64,000 bases of DNA from Eledone cirrhosa (lineage: Eukaryota): the NCBI GenBank assembly GCA_964016885.1, contig CAXHJY010001742.1, forward strand, positions 1 to 64,000. Reading direction: 5' to 3'. The notes under the pieces were generated by a model. The model was not told the DNA's origin. It worked only from the letters and a program-made list of their open reading frames with translations, and made no database searches. Below are positions 47,675 to 61,377 of the stretch, one piece after another. The stretch's first letter is position 1. Each line of letters starts with the position of its first letter. A program made the position numbers and the translations under genes.

Positions 47675-47771
47675 CTTGGGATAGGTTGGTATGCTTCGCT
47701 TGAGGCTGATCTTTTTCTCATCACTTAAGGAACTATAAAAAGTATCGACAGCATTTAGAAACAGAATCGGC
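47675..47771 (-). CDS. PDE9: PDE9 exon (...SLSDEKKISLKRSIPTYPK); two in-frame acceptors, 47771 and 47732
   Basis: Resembles PDE9A KKLTPRRDVPTYPK; phase 2 to 0. Confidence 0.85.
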
Positions 47772-48054
47772 CTATGAGAGGAGAAGAAGGTTCACAAAAT
47801 GCATGCACCGTTTATTGTTGTGTCAGTAAATAATATACATATATTAAGAGTGAACGTGTAGTGTGAATTTTACATACATATATATATATATACATGTGTG
47901 TGTGTATGTGCGTATATGTGTATGTGTGTGTGTATATGTGTGTATGTGTATATATATATGTGTGTGTGGATATATATGTATGTATATATATATATGTATA
48001 TACACATATATATACATATGTATATATATGTATATACACATATATATACATATG

Positions 48055-48088
<34 letters not shown>

Positions 48089-48109
48089 TATACATATATA
48101 CACATATAT

Positions 48110-48140
<31 letters not shown>

Positions 48141-48222
48141 TACATGTGTGTATATATACATATACATATATATATATATATACATGTATGTAAATATATA
48201 TATATGTATATATGCATATGTA

Positions 48223-48832
48223 TGTCAGGTCACCAGTTGGTGCTACTGGTAACATGTATCCCAGTACAACCTGTCTCATGGTCGGGTCGTTGGCGACTAA
48301 ACTGGCAACCCCACCAAGGTTTCTTGGTGAGGAGGGTGACTTTGGACATCCTGCAGTACTAAAAACAAAACCTGTCAAAGAGCAAAGGAGCTCTTAAGAG
48401 TCAATGGCCATCCAAAATCAATGTGAGAGATGACCCCTTAGCCTTTGTCAAGGCAGAATTCTAGGAGAAGGAAAACTCTGATATAACACCTGCAACCCTG
48501 ATGGTATCCAATGATGTTGACTTGTTCTTCTTTTTGGTAAATATCATCTTGGTTAAGAGAGTGGGACTGGCTTTGTGCAGTGCCTTTGCTCACTATAAAA
48601 GCTTCACGGCACAGGCATTGCTTTATATCTGGAGATCTCTCTGCACTTGTCATCACATTGTACCATGGGCCCAGCACTATGTGTCAATAATTGTCACAGG
48701 TGTAGAGTTTGTACCAGAATTTTCAAGTCGCTGGCTGGTATATAAAGTCACACTCGTTCAGCGCATCGGTAGGGGTTCTCCTACATGGATATAAAGTAGT
48801 GGCCGTACTCGAAAACGAGTTGGCAGCCACCA
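48223..48832 (+). mobile_element. RTE 5'-UTR-like repeat
   Basis: Contains CTAGGAGAAGGAAAACTCTG, recalled as typical of RTE 5' UTRs. Confidence 0.65.
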
Positions 48833-49730
48833 GATATGTATATACATATGTATACATATATATGTATATATGTTTATATATATATATATATCATCATCAT
48901 CATCAACGTTTAACGTCCGTGTTCCACGCTTGCATGGGTTTGGACGGGGGTATTCCCACTTGAGGCAAGAGTGATTGTCTTGCTCGCATAGGACTGTCTG
49001 GCAGGTTTTCTACAGTTGGATGCCCTTCCTAACACCAACCACATTTACATATATACATATGTATACATATATATGTATATATATATGTATATACGTATGT
49101 ATACATATGTATACATATATATGTATATACATGTGTGTATATATATGTATATATATATGTGTATCATCATCATCATCATCATCATTTTCGTTTAATGTTC
49201 ATCTTCCACGCTTGCATGGGTTTGGACCGGAATGTTCCCACTTGAGGCAAGATTGGTTGTCTTGCTCGTATAGGACTGTCTGGCAGGTTTTCTACGGCTG
49301 GATGCCCTTCCTAACACCAACCACATTTACAGTGTGGAACTGGGAGGTTTTTACCGTGTTACCTACACGGCCACATTACAGCGTGGACTGTGTGTTTTTT
49401 TTTTTCGTGACACCTACACGACCTCATTTATTTTGGACTGGATCTTGTGGTACCAACATAACTTTACATTGAAAGGGGTGGTGTGGATGAGGTGGGGGTA
49501 GTGGGACGGGGGTGTATTTTTGTTAAGAGGTGCCTACTGACTGTAGGTTTCGCTTTGTACTTAGGCAAGGCGGGTCTTCTGTATTACTGTGTAGCGCCAA
49601 TGATCTCGGTCCAGTGACATTGTCTTGGAGAGATATATATATGTATATACATATGTATACGTATATGTATATATATTTATGTATATACATATGTATATGT
49701 ACATGTGTATATATATGTATATGTATATAC

Positions 49731-49802
<72 letters not shown>

Positions 49803-49853
49803 AAATATATATATGCATATATACAAATATATTTACATTTATATATATACACA

Positions 49854-49887
<34 letters not shown>

Positions 49888-50422
49888 GAAAGTAAACAGA
49901 AATAACAAAGCAAACAACACAGTACAATGAAGAAATATATTAGTTAAATGTTTGATATAGTAGGAATAGGGTTTTGACATTTCAGACACTAGTCCTTCAT
50001 CAGAAGATAGTAAAGATTAAGGATCAGAAACATGTGTGTATTCAGTCAACCATATTTGAGAAATATATATATATATTAATTATATATGCATGTCGTCAAG
50101 TATGAAAACGACTAAGTGGATATACATATATATATATATATATGTCCTTGAGCAAGACACTTTATTTCACGGTGCTCCTTCTACCTGGAGTTGCGACCGA
50201 TAGATAGTATTAGCAATTGGAAAGACCAACGGAAACATTGTTCCCTCGGTCCGAATGTATATTAAGATAGATAACCATCTAATTTTGTTGCATTCATGTA
50301 TAATGTAGAAGATAAATACGTATATATTTGTAATAAAATATAGATAACGAAAAAAAACAAATTTCTACTAATTTGATACTTGATGACCCAATATATTATA
50401 TATATTAATTATATATGCATAT

Positions 50423-50464
<42 letters not shown>

Positions 50465-50878
50465 GAAAATAGAGAAATTAATTGTTTCTACTTTTGGCAC
50501 AAGGCCAGCAAATACCCAGTGTATTACTGGTACTTTATTTCATCGACCCCATGAGGATGAAAGACTAAGTTAACCTTGGCGGGATTTGAACTCAGAATGG
50601 CAAGGGACGTAACTCTATGCGTCAAAGCATGGCGTCCGACCCTCTACCGATACTGCCAATCCACCTGAAAATAGAGAAATTAATGTAAGCAAGAAGCCAA
50701 CAGTAATTCAGACATATAAGTGACTATTACGTCAAGATGAAAAATATTTAACGTAAGATATGGGAAAATAATTTAATCCCAATTCAAAACAAGTCAAGAC
50801 CAGAAATTTTATCCACAGATTTTGTGTAATCCGGGGAAAAAACAATAGAATCTTAACTGAAAATAAAATTAAGAGTAA

Positions 50879-50912
<34 letters not shown>

Positions 50913-50978
50913 CCACACGTTCTTACACACATACACACACACTGGGCCACTTAGTTGTTTTATCCCTATATATCGTAC

Positions 50979-51087
50979 CTCATCCGTGTGTAATCAATGA
51001 CTTTCTTCTCGGAAGAAAACATTTCATTCTTGATTTCTTTGATGTCCTGTTGACATTTCTCAATGTCAACAACCTTCAGACCTTCCA
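50979..51087 (-). CDS. PDE9: PDE9 exon (EGLKVVDIEKCQQDIKEIKNEMF...)
   Basis: 109 nt, phase 1 to 2; resembles PDE9A EGLKVVEIEKC. Confidence 0.93.
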
Positions 51088-51109
51088 CTGTGGGAGAATG
51101 AGAGTATAA

Positions 51110-51410
51110 CAGAATGATAGAATGGCAGAATGACAGAATGACAGAATGATAGAATGACAAAATGGCAGAATGACAGAATGATAAAATGACAGTATGACAA
51201 AATGACAGAATGACAAAATGACAGGATGACAAAATGACAGAATGACAAAATGACAGGATGACAAAATGACAATGACAAAACAACAAAATGACAAAATGAC
51301 AATGACAAAATGACAGAATGACAAAATGACAGAATGACAAAATGACAGAATGACAGTGTGACAAAATGACAGGATGACAAGATGACAGAATGATAGAATG
51401 ATAGGATGAC
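51110..51410. repeat. 8-bp minisatellite (ATGACAAA/ATGACAGA)
   Basis: Direct inspection. Confidence 0.88.
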
Positions 51411-51689
51411 TGAATTAAAGAATAGGTAGACCTCCCATTGTGGGAGAATAAGAGAATGACATAATGACAGAATTAAAGAATTAAAGAATAGATAGACCTT
51501 CCACTGTGAGAGACACACAGAATGATAGAATGGAAGATTGACAATATGATAGAATGACTGAATTAAGGAATGCATAAACCTTCAACTGTGGGAGAATGAC
51601 AGTATGAGATCAAACCAAAATACAAATGCATGTGTCACATTTAAATGAAGGTTCAGGTTTGAGAGTTTCTCTGATTATATATCATCATT

Positions 51690-52560
51690 ACCACTGCTAC
51701 CACCCCCCCCCCCCCCCCACCACCACTGCCACAACAGCAACATATCAACAACAATCTCCTGCCATCTTTCAATAACCCCACCACTCCCAAAAACACCACC
51801 ACCACTACCAACAACACCACCACCACTACCAACAACACCACCACCAACAATAACCCCACCACCACTACCAACAACAATACCACTACCACCAACAACAACA
51901 CCACCACTACCAACAACAACAACACCACCACCACTACCAACAATAAAAACAACAACACCACCACTACCAACAACAACAACAACAACACCACCACCAACAA
52001 TAACAACAACACCACCACTACCAACAACAACAACAACACCACCACCACCACCAACAATAACAACAACACCACCACTACCAACAACAACAACACCACTACA
52101 ACACCACTACCAACAACAACACCACCACCACTACCAACAACAACAACAACACCACCACTACCAACAACAACAACAACACCACCACCAACAATAACAACAA
52201 CACCACCACTACCAACAACAACACCACCACCACTACCAACAACAACAACACCACCACTACCAACAACAACACCACCACTACCAACAACAACAACAACACC
52301 ACCACTACCAACAACAACAACAACACCACCACCAACAATAACAACAACACCACCACTACCAACAACAACACCACCACCACCACCAACAACAACACCACCA
52401 CCACTACCAACAACAACACCACCACCACTACCAACAACAACACCACCACTACCAACAACAACACCACCACCACTACCAACAATAACAACAACAACACCAC
52501 CACTACCAACACCACCACCACTACCAACAACAACACCACCACCACCACTACCAACAACAA
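51690..52560. repeat. (ACC/AAC) low-complexity tract
   Basis: Direct inspection. Confidence 0.9.
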
Positions 52561-52572
52561 CGTCATACTTAC

Positions 52573-52643
52573 TTTCCAGTCGTCTTTCAATGGATGAGAT
52601 TCTGTTGTTCACTTCCTGTCGGAATTCTTCAACTTTGAAGACA
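52573..52643 (-). CDS. PDE9: PDE9 exon (VFKVEEFRQEVNNRISSIERRLE)
   Basis: 71 nt, phase 2 to 1. Confidence 0.92.
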
Positions 52644-52686
52644 CTGTAGAAAGGAAGAAAATGGAAGAAGCGAGTGAAAACTAGAC

Positions 52687-52719
<33 letters not shown>

Positions 52720-52787
52720 GATCGCAAATACAAGTGGCTCCTTCGAAGAGTCTTTGGAGTAATGTTACTTGATAGAGTGCATAGCTC

Positions 52788-53310
52788 AGAGATCTGAGAG
52801 TCACACCAGGTAGAGCTGCTACTTCTCTGAATTAATTCATCGCAGCTCTGATACTATGAGCATGTGGCTAGAATGTCTTAGGAAAGAATCACTGGACAGA
52901 TCTGTAGCTTGGAGATCTGAGAGTCACACCAGGTAGAGCTGCTACTTCTCTGAATTAATTCATCAGCTCCGATACTATGAACATGTGGCTAGAATGTCTT
53001 AGGAAAGAATTGCTGGACAGATCTGTAGCTTGGAGATCTGAGAGTCACACCAGGTAGAGCTGCTACTTCTCTGAATTAATTCATCAGCTCCAATACTATG
53101 AACATGTGGCTAGAATGTCTTAGGAAAGAATCACTGGACAGATCTGTAGCTTGGAGATCAGAGAGTCGCACCAGGTAGAGCTGCTACTTCTCTGAATTAA
53201 TTCATCACAGCTCCGATACTATGAGCATGTGGCTAGAATGTCTTAGGAAAGAATCGCTGGACAGATTTTATGGGCAAAACCAACCAACAGGAGACCCAGG
53301 GATAGATTCA
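52788..53310 (+). repeat. ~121-bp tandem repeat x4 derived from RTE coding sequence
   Basis: Unit GAGATCTGAGAGTCACACCAGGTAGAGCTGCTACTTCTC... Confidence 0.85.
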
Positions 53311-53405
53311 GAGCAGGCTTGATTTTAGATATTTTCTGACAAATCATTACAGGATACTTATAAATTGTGAAGAAATTGCATAATTAATCAATACATTGAA
53401 CTTAC

Positions 53406-53460
53406 CTATTGAACTTCTCTGCTACCTGAGAGATGATAGTATTGCAAAAGTCATTATCAC
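53406..53460 (-). CDS. PDE9: PDE9 exon (DNDFCNTIISQVAEKFN)
   Basis: 55 nt, phase 1 to 2; resembles VLAQVAEQFS. Confidence 0.9.
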
Positions 53461-53772
53461 CTGTAAAGAAACCAATTAATAGCTTATATATATATACGGT
53501 ATGTGCGCATTTCTTCTAAGTTTAATTTTACTACTAATTGTGTGTGGTTGATGGTATATTTGATCGGATTCTGCATGCTGCCGAAATGTTTGATAAATAA
53601 TGGAACGGGGCTGCCGCGAAGAGGCTACGATCAATTGTTTGTCAGAGATTTCCCCGTAAGAAAATTTATTCTTAAAGCTTGCTAGATTTGATTTTGTATA
53701 TGGTTAATTATGCTAATTAGAAGAAGAAATAGTATATATTTTAATATCTGATGATTCTATAGACATGATTTA

Positions 53773-53811
<39 letters not shown>

Positions 53812-54309
53812 TATCATCATCATCATCATCATCAACGTTTAACGTCCGTGTTCCACGCTTGCATGGGTTTGTACGGGGGTTTTCCCACTTGAGGCAAGAG
53901 TGATTGTCTTGCTCGCATAGGACTGTCTGGCAGGTTTTCTACAGTTGGATGCCCTTCCTAACACCAACCACATTTACAGTGTGGGTCTGGGAGGTTTTTA
54001 CCGTGTTGCCTACACAGCCACATTACAGCGTGGACTGTGTGTGTTTTTGTCGTGACACCTACACGATCTCATTTGTTTCGGCCTGGATGGCGTGGCACCA
54101 ACATAACTTTACATAGAAGGGGGTGGAGTGAAGGAGTTGGGGGTGGTGGGATAGGACGGGGCTGTATTTTGTTAGAGATGCCTACTGACTGTAGTAGGTT
54201 TTACTTTGTATTTAGGTAAGGCGGGTCTTCTCTGTTACTGAGTACCGCCAAAGGTCTCGGTCCAGTGACATTGTCTTGGTGAGGTGTAAGTGTGTGAGGT
54301 CGGACTTTA

Positions 54310-54364
<55 letters not shown>

Positions 54365-54634
54365 AAGGGAACGGACATCCAAAGCAAAAACGTACATTTT
54401 TTTCGTCCACTCCCTTCCACCTGTAATTGACTCAGAAATGTTACCTTTTACTCAATTTTCCTGTCTGAAGAAACCATAACTATTGTCATGGAAATATGTA
54501 TAATGGCTCATTTAATAAAGGACTATAATATCTACATCTTCGCATTTTCCTCTTTATTGATATACTCCGTCATCCTTGTTTTAAAGAAGTAATATGACAT
54601 TGAGTGCTAGAAGTGAACTGCATCCTTGTATACC

Positions 54635-54680
<46 letters not shown>

Positions 54681-54682
<2 letters not shown>

Positions 54683-55017
54683 TCATCATTTCATTTTACG
54701 TCCGCTTTTTCCCTGCTTGCAAGGGTGGGACGGGAACTGATTCTGGCTTGATTTCTACAGCTGGATGCCCTTCCTAACACCAACCTCATTTACAGTGAGT
54801 GCTGGGTGCTTCTTTGCCGTGGCACCTACACGACCACTTTACAGTGGAATGATAGGGACTGGGGTCCCTATCATCTCATTTCTACAGCTGAGTAAACTGG
54901 AGCAATTTGAAATAAAGTGTCTTGCTCAGGGAAACAACACATCACCCGGTCTGAGAATTGAACTCACAACCTTTCGATTGCAAGCCCAATGCTCTAACCA
55001 CTAAGCCATGTGCCTCC
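54681..55017 (-). mobile_element. SINE family B
   Basis: Reverse complement of the 33207 copy. Confidence 0.85.
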
Positions 55018-55222
55018 ATTATATATATATATAAATTATTAAAAAAATAATGAATAAACAAAGAAACAGTTCCTTATATTAAAAAAAATTCATTATTTTA
55101 CGATCGTTTCTAGGATATATATGTGTTAGAGTTGGTATGCATATTCTATAGATCTATGTACAATATTTATACAAACTATCAGAGGGAATATACATACCTA
55201 CACATATATATGCTGTCTTCAG

Positions 55223-55800
55223 AAATAATTGTTTCTACTTTTGGCACAAGGCCATCAATTACCCAGTACATTACTGGTACTTTATTTTATCGACCCCGTT
55301 CAGAAATAATTGTTTCTACTTTAGGCACAAGGCCAGCAATTACCCAGTACATTACTGGTACTTTATTTTATCGACCCCGTAAGGATGAAAGGCAAAGTTA
55401 ACCTCGACGGGATTTGAACTCAGATCGTAAAGGGACGTAACTATGCTGGAAAGCATGGTGTCTGACCCTCTACCGATACTGCCAATCCACCGCCCTTTCA
55501 GAAATAATTGTTTCTACTTTAGGCACAAGGCCAGCAATCACCCAGTGCATTACTGGTACTTTATTTTATCGACCCCGTAAGGATGAAAGGCAAAGTCAAC
55601 CTCGGCGGGATTTGAACTCAGATCATAAAGGGACGTAACTATGCTGGAAAGCATGGCGTCCGACCCTCTACCGATACTCCCAATCCACCGCCCTTTCAGA
55701 AATAATTGTTTCTACTTTAGGCACAAGGCCAGCAATTATCCAGTGCATTACTGGTACTTTATTTTATCGACCCCGTAAGGATGAAAGGCAAAGTTACGCC
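55223..55800 (-). repeat. Tandem SINE-A array (two full copies plus two partials)
   Basis: ~197-bp unit. Confidence 0.87.
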
Positions 55801-56638
55801 CTTTCAGAAATAATGATACTTGTTTATTGATAAGAACAAAGATTCAATACAATAGGTCTGTTTGGGAACAGGTTTTGAATTGACCAATCAGGAGATAATG
55901 AGGGTCAAGATAGTGATATAGAATTAGTAGAACCTTAAATTATGGGTAGAGGAAGGTAGATTTCAGTTTTGGATGGAAAAGAGTATTATGAATGAAGAAT
56001 TACTTTAGGGAAGAAGTAGGTCATATGTTGACCTCAGAAATAATTTTATTTATTCATTGAATAAAACCAAACAAAGATCCAATATAATAATGGATTACTT
56101 TAGGGAAGAAGTAGGTCATATGTTGACCTCAGAAATAATTTTATTTGTTCATTGAATACAACCAACAAAGATCAAATATATTCTGTCTGTTTGGTAAGAT
56201 GTTTAGAATTAACCAATAGATAGTTAATAATTGGCCAAATGGTAAAATAGTAGTAATTGAAACTTATTTTAGGGGTGAAACTAGGTCAGGTGGTCAGTAG
56301 AAGGTATACAAGCAGTTACTGTTATAAAATAGTAATGCCAATACAAATATCTAAGGTGACCAGAGTTTTAAGATAAGGGTGTTAGTGAAAAAAAAAAAAT
56401 ACATCTATGAAAAGGATATAAAATTAATTAAATTGATGGGTATATTTATATTGATAAAATTATACTAATACATATAGATATGATAAATAAGAGTTAGATG
56501 CAGTTGAAAAGTGCTGTTAAGGATGAGGGGAGATTAAAAGAATATAAAAATGATATATATATATACATATATATACCTACATATATATACATACATACAC
56601 ACACACATACACACATATTTATACACATACATACACAT

Positions 56639-56672
<34 letters not shown>

Positions 56673-56681
56673 CTATATATA

Positions 56682-57168
56682 ATGGAAAAATTTGAACAGG
56701 AACAAAACAGAGAGGCAGTACAACGAATGTTTATTAATTTCACGCTCTGGAGAGTGGGGTGGTGGTGGGGAACGACGTTTCGGGCATAAGCCCTTCCTCA
56801 GGTGAGAAGTGTGTGGGAACAAAGTTCAAAGGGTGTGTAGGGGAGTGGTGGAGAGACATATAGCGAAAGGAAACGGTGCGAATGAAATTAAAAATAAAAA
56901 TAAAAATAAAGCATGATCAAAGGCAAAGAATCATATACGGAAATAAACAAGTACAGTAACAAAATCAAACAGAGGTAATGCGTGGAAGGAAAGACCAAGT
57001 GTGGGAAGGTGTGTAAAGTTCGGAGAAAGGTCACGGCGGATTAGATCGGGGTTGAGCCGGTAGTTAAGTTATGTTCCAAGGAATGGAAGCCGTGTGAGCG
57101 TGTATTATATATAAGGGAAAAATTTGAACAGGAACAAAACAGAGAGGCAGTACAACGAATGTTTATTA

Positions 57169-57171
<3 letters not shown>
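56682..57171 (-). mobile_element. Second-family Penelope pLTR remnant with ~55-bp terminal direct repeat and hammerhead core at 56772-56803
   Basis: CUGAGGA-A-GGGC-UUAU-GCCC-GAAA-CG-UC; degenerate FLGT..LN C-terminus. Confidence 0.65.
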
Positions 57172-57223
<52 letters not shown>

Positions 57224-57226
<3 letters not shown>

Positions 57227-57860
57227 TCGTCGTCATCGTTTAACGTCAATTTTCCACACTAGTAAGGGTCTGGACGGGAATTGTCCCACTTGAGGCAAGA
57301 TTGGTTGTCTTGCGGGTTTTGCACGGCTGGATGCCCTTCCTAACACCAACCACGTTTACAGTGTGGACTGGGAGGTTTTTACCGTGTTACCTACACGATC
57401 TCATTTGTTTCAGACTGGATGTTGTGGTACCAACATAACTTTGCATTGAAAGGGGTGGTGTGGATGGGGTGGGGGTAGTGGGATGGCGGTGTATTTTTGT
57501 TAAGAGGTGCCTACTGACTGTAGTAGGTTTCGCTTTGTACTTAGGCAAGGCGGGTCTTCTGTATTACTGTATAGCGCCAAAGATCTCGGTCCAGTGACAT
57601 TGTCTTGGAGAGGTGTAAGTGTGTGAGGTCAGAATTTATCAAGTCGTTCCAGGTTTTTCTGGGTGTGCCTACTCCGTGGCTACCGTCTATTTTTATCGCC
57701 CTGCACTTTTTTTATACAGCTGTCGTCTTTCATGCACATCATGTGACCGTACCAACGTAGCCTTCTCTCGAGTAAACAACATCTGATCCCTCTTATTCCT
57801 AATTTCTCCCTTAGTTTGTTTATGCTTTGCCGTTCACGTATATTACTATTACACATCCAG
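57224..57860 (-). mobile_element. RTE LINE 3' portion (related copies at 38492-38755, 49165-49632, 53815-54312)
   Basis: RRLRWYGH motif, long 3' UTR, (GAT)n tail. Confidence 0.78.
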
Positions 57861-57933
57861 CACTCGCTGTCATATTACTTCTTTAAAATAAGGATGACGA
57901 AGTATATCAATAAAGAGGAAAATGTGAAGATGT

Positions 57934-57980
<47 letters not shown>

Positions 57981-58790
57981 GAGAGGAAGTTTTATATAGA
58001 TGTGCCATTTGACTTTGAGATCAGAGCTAACCTGTGGCTACAATAACAACCAGCTGTTGTTGCTACTACCACCACCAAAACCATCACCACCACAACTACT
58101 ACTATTACTATTACTACTACTACTACCACCACCAAGATTGCTATATGTAGTATCCTACTGAAATACCAGGATATGAAATAACATTAAGGGAAGGAACTCT
58201 GCCGGAAATTCGAAAACATATTATTTGCTGTTATATATATATATATATACTACATATATATATATATATATATGTATGTGTGTACATATATATGTATATA
58301 TATATATGTATGTGTGTACATATATATGTATATATATATATATATGTGTGTGCATATATATCTATATAAACATATATATATATATGTGTGTGTATATATA
58401 TATATCTATATAAACATATATATATATATATGTGTGTGTATATATATATCTTTATAAACATATATGTGTGTGTATATATATATCTATATAAACATATATA
58501 TATATATATGTGTGTGTATATATATATCTTTATAAACATATATGTGTGTATATATATATCTATATAAACATATATATATATATGTGTGTGTACATATATA
58601 TCTATATAAACATATATATATATGTGTGTGTATATATATATCTATATAAACATATATATATATATATGTGTGTACATATATATCTATATAAACATATATA
58701 TATATGTGTGTGTACATGTATATCTATATAAACATATATATATATATATTATATATATGTGTGTGTACATATATATCTATATATATATAT

Positions 58791-58853
<63 letters not shown>

Positions 58854-58859
58854 ACTTAC

Positions 58860-58915
58860 CTTGATGTGGATCACATGTATTCGATAGATCTTGTATGTGT
58901 ACTCGGTATGGTGCG
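58860..58915 (-). CDS. PDE9: PDE9 exon ([18 protein letters not shown])
   Basis: 56 nt, phase 2 to 1, strong AG/GTAAGT. Confidence 0.85.
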
Positions 58916-59189
58916 CTAGGGAAGAAATAGAAATATGGAATTTTGAAAGAAGAGTAATGTGAACCCAGATTTTGGTGCTTATCATAAATTTGACCTGAAC
59001 TCTGTAAGCCAATAAATCAGTTGTTGATAACACAGTAGCGTAATCCTACTTCCTACAGTGGTCACAGATAGCTCAACTTCACAGAATGTTTGTATGTCAT
59101 ATATGGCTCAAATGCACAGTAGACACAAAAGTCACATATAGCTCAAATATCATAGAAGGTTCAAACTTCATAAAAACCTCAAACCTCGC

Positions 59190-59456
59190 AGAAGGCTCAA
59201 ATTTCACATGAGGATTAAACTTATAGAAGGCTCAAATTTCACATGAGAATTAAACTTATAGAAGGCTCAAATTTCACATGAGGTTTAAACTTATTGAAGG
59301 CTCAAATTTCACACGAGGATTAAACTTATAGAAGGCTCAAATTTCACATGAGAATTAAACTTATTGAAGGCACAAATTTCACATGAGGTTTAAATTTATT
59401 GAAGGCTTAAATTTCACATGAGGATTAAACTTACAGACAGCTCAAATTCCACATAA
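59190..59456. repeat. 35-bp minisatellite x~8
   Basis: AGAAGGCTCAAATTTCACATGAGGATTAAACTTAT. Confidence 0.9.
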
Positions 59457-60074
59457 ATTCTTAATATCATAGAACGCTTATGCAGCACAGTAACTAAAAA
59501 CATTACATAAGGCTTGAATGTCACAGAACGTTTGTACGACACATGAGGCACAAAGGTCACATAAGCCTTGAACATTGCCTAATAAGGCTCAAGTGTGACA
59601 GAAGACTCAAACATCAGATAAGGTTATGCTTGCTGAGTTCAAATCTCACTCCTTGGCACAAAACAAAAAAGAAGAAAAGTTATGATGTTACTCTTTCCTC
59701 AAGTAGACTGGCCCCTTGTTGGAAATAATTGGCCTGAAAAAGCTGTCATCAGCACTTTCAAGTACCATGAAAAGCTAGTAGGCTGACAATGAAGGTGCGA
59801 TGCTAGAGCTGTGAAATCATGCATGCATTAATTTCAACTCTTTTTGTTAATAACGGCAGTTAACCTTTCTAGATTAACTGAAAGTTCTTCACCAATGGGA
59901 TCCAAGCACCTTGACACCAACGAAAGAAGTGTGTGAACCACAAAAATAAACCTCATTTGGTCATGTTCCATGAGAGTATTTTTGTCAGCCTATTAACTTT
60001 CCAGGCAAGCATTGCATACGTTCTCCATGTTTCGTAAAACAACAACAATAACAGCATATCATTTCTTTACTTAC

Positions 60075-60152
60075 TTTGATGAATTTGTGGGCATGGTGGG
60101 TGTGACTGGAATATAAGCACCATCTGTACTCTGGAGTGATACTTTGGAGACT
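60075..60152 (-). CDS. PDE9: PDE9 exon ([25 protein letters not shown])
   Basis: 78 nt; resembles PDE9A SIDPTMPANS. Confidence 0.9.
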
Positions 60153-60197
60153 CTAGAGGATATAAAAAAAAACAAAGATATGTGTGTGTAGGTGTGG

Positions 60198-60350
<153 letters not shown>

Positions 60351-60367
60351 ATATGTGTGTGTGTGAA

Positions 60368-60806
60368 GGCGCATGGCTTAGTGGTTAGAGCATTGGGCTT
60401 GCAATCGAAAGGTTGTGAGTTCAATTCTCAGACCGGGTGATGTGTTGTTTCCTTGAGCAAGACACTATATTTCACATTGCTCCAGTTTACTCAGCTGTAG
60501 AAATGAGATGATAGGACTGGAATCCCTATCATTCCACTCAAAGTGGTCGTGGAGGTGCCACGGCAAAAAAGCACCCAGCACTCACTGTAAAGTGGACGTG
60601 TAGGTGCCACAGAAAAAAAAAAGCACCCAGCACTCACTGTAAATGAGGTTGGTGTTAGGAAGGGCATCCAGCTGTAGAAATCAAACCAGAATCAGTTCCC
60701 ATATGAGCAAGACAAGGTCAGCCGACCAGACACTGCCCACAACAGGACAACCCGTCTAACCCATGCTAGCGTGGAAGAACGGACATAAAATGGTGATGAT
60801 GATGAT
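60368..60806 (+). mobile_element. SINE family B with an alternative 3' tail
   Basis: Same head and core; tail CCCGTCTAACCCATGCTAGCGTGG. Confidence 0.83.
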
Positions 60807-60897
60807 AATAATAATAATATATATATATGGTAAACATTGATGCAATTCAATTCAAGCATTCGATGTATTGTTTCCACATAGGAAAACGGAGTATATT

Positions 60898-61262
60898 TAG
60901 AATGAGAAAATGCGAAGTAGTTTCAGATGTTAAAGTCCTTTATTGGTAAGACTGTGATACATATTTCAATGACGACAGTGGCCACACAATTCCGTGTACC
61001 CAGTGCCATGACATCATCATGGAATAAGGTTACGTTCCCAAGGCAATCCAAACAGAAACGACAAGGGAATGAACAAGACACGTGTTCTTGAATCCCTCGC
61101 CCGTTCCCTTGGAAACATAACCTTATTACATAAGAAGCTGTTTGATGATGTCATGGCACTGGGTACACGGAATTGTGTGGCCACTGTCGTCATTGAAATA
61201 TGCATCACAGTATTATCATTAAAGGACTTGAACATCTGAAACTACTTTGCATTCTCATTCTA
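60898..61262. repeat. Foldback (hairpin) element with ~145-bp arms
   Basis: 60898-61043 is approximately the reverse complement of 61107-61262. Confidence 0.82.
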
Positions 61263-61336
61263 TATATGTGAGTGGTGAGTTCAATCGGGGGTAACCACAT
61301 GATTTCCTTTGAATGAAATAATTCTAGTTTATATTA

Positions 61337-61377
<41 letters not shown>

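Noticed and set aside
51653-52804. 383-aa Gly/Val ORF
   Set aside because: Only 52573-52643 is a real exon; the rest is an ACC/AAC repeat
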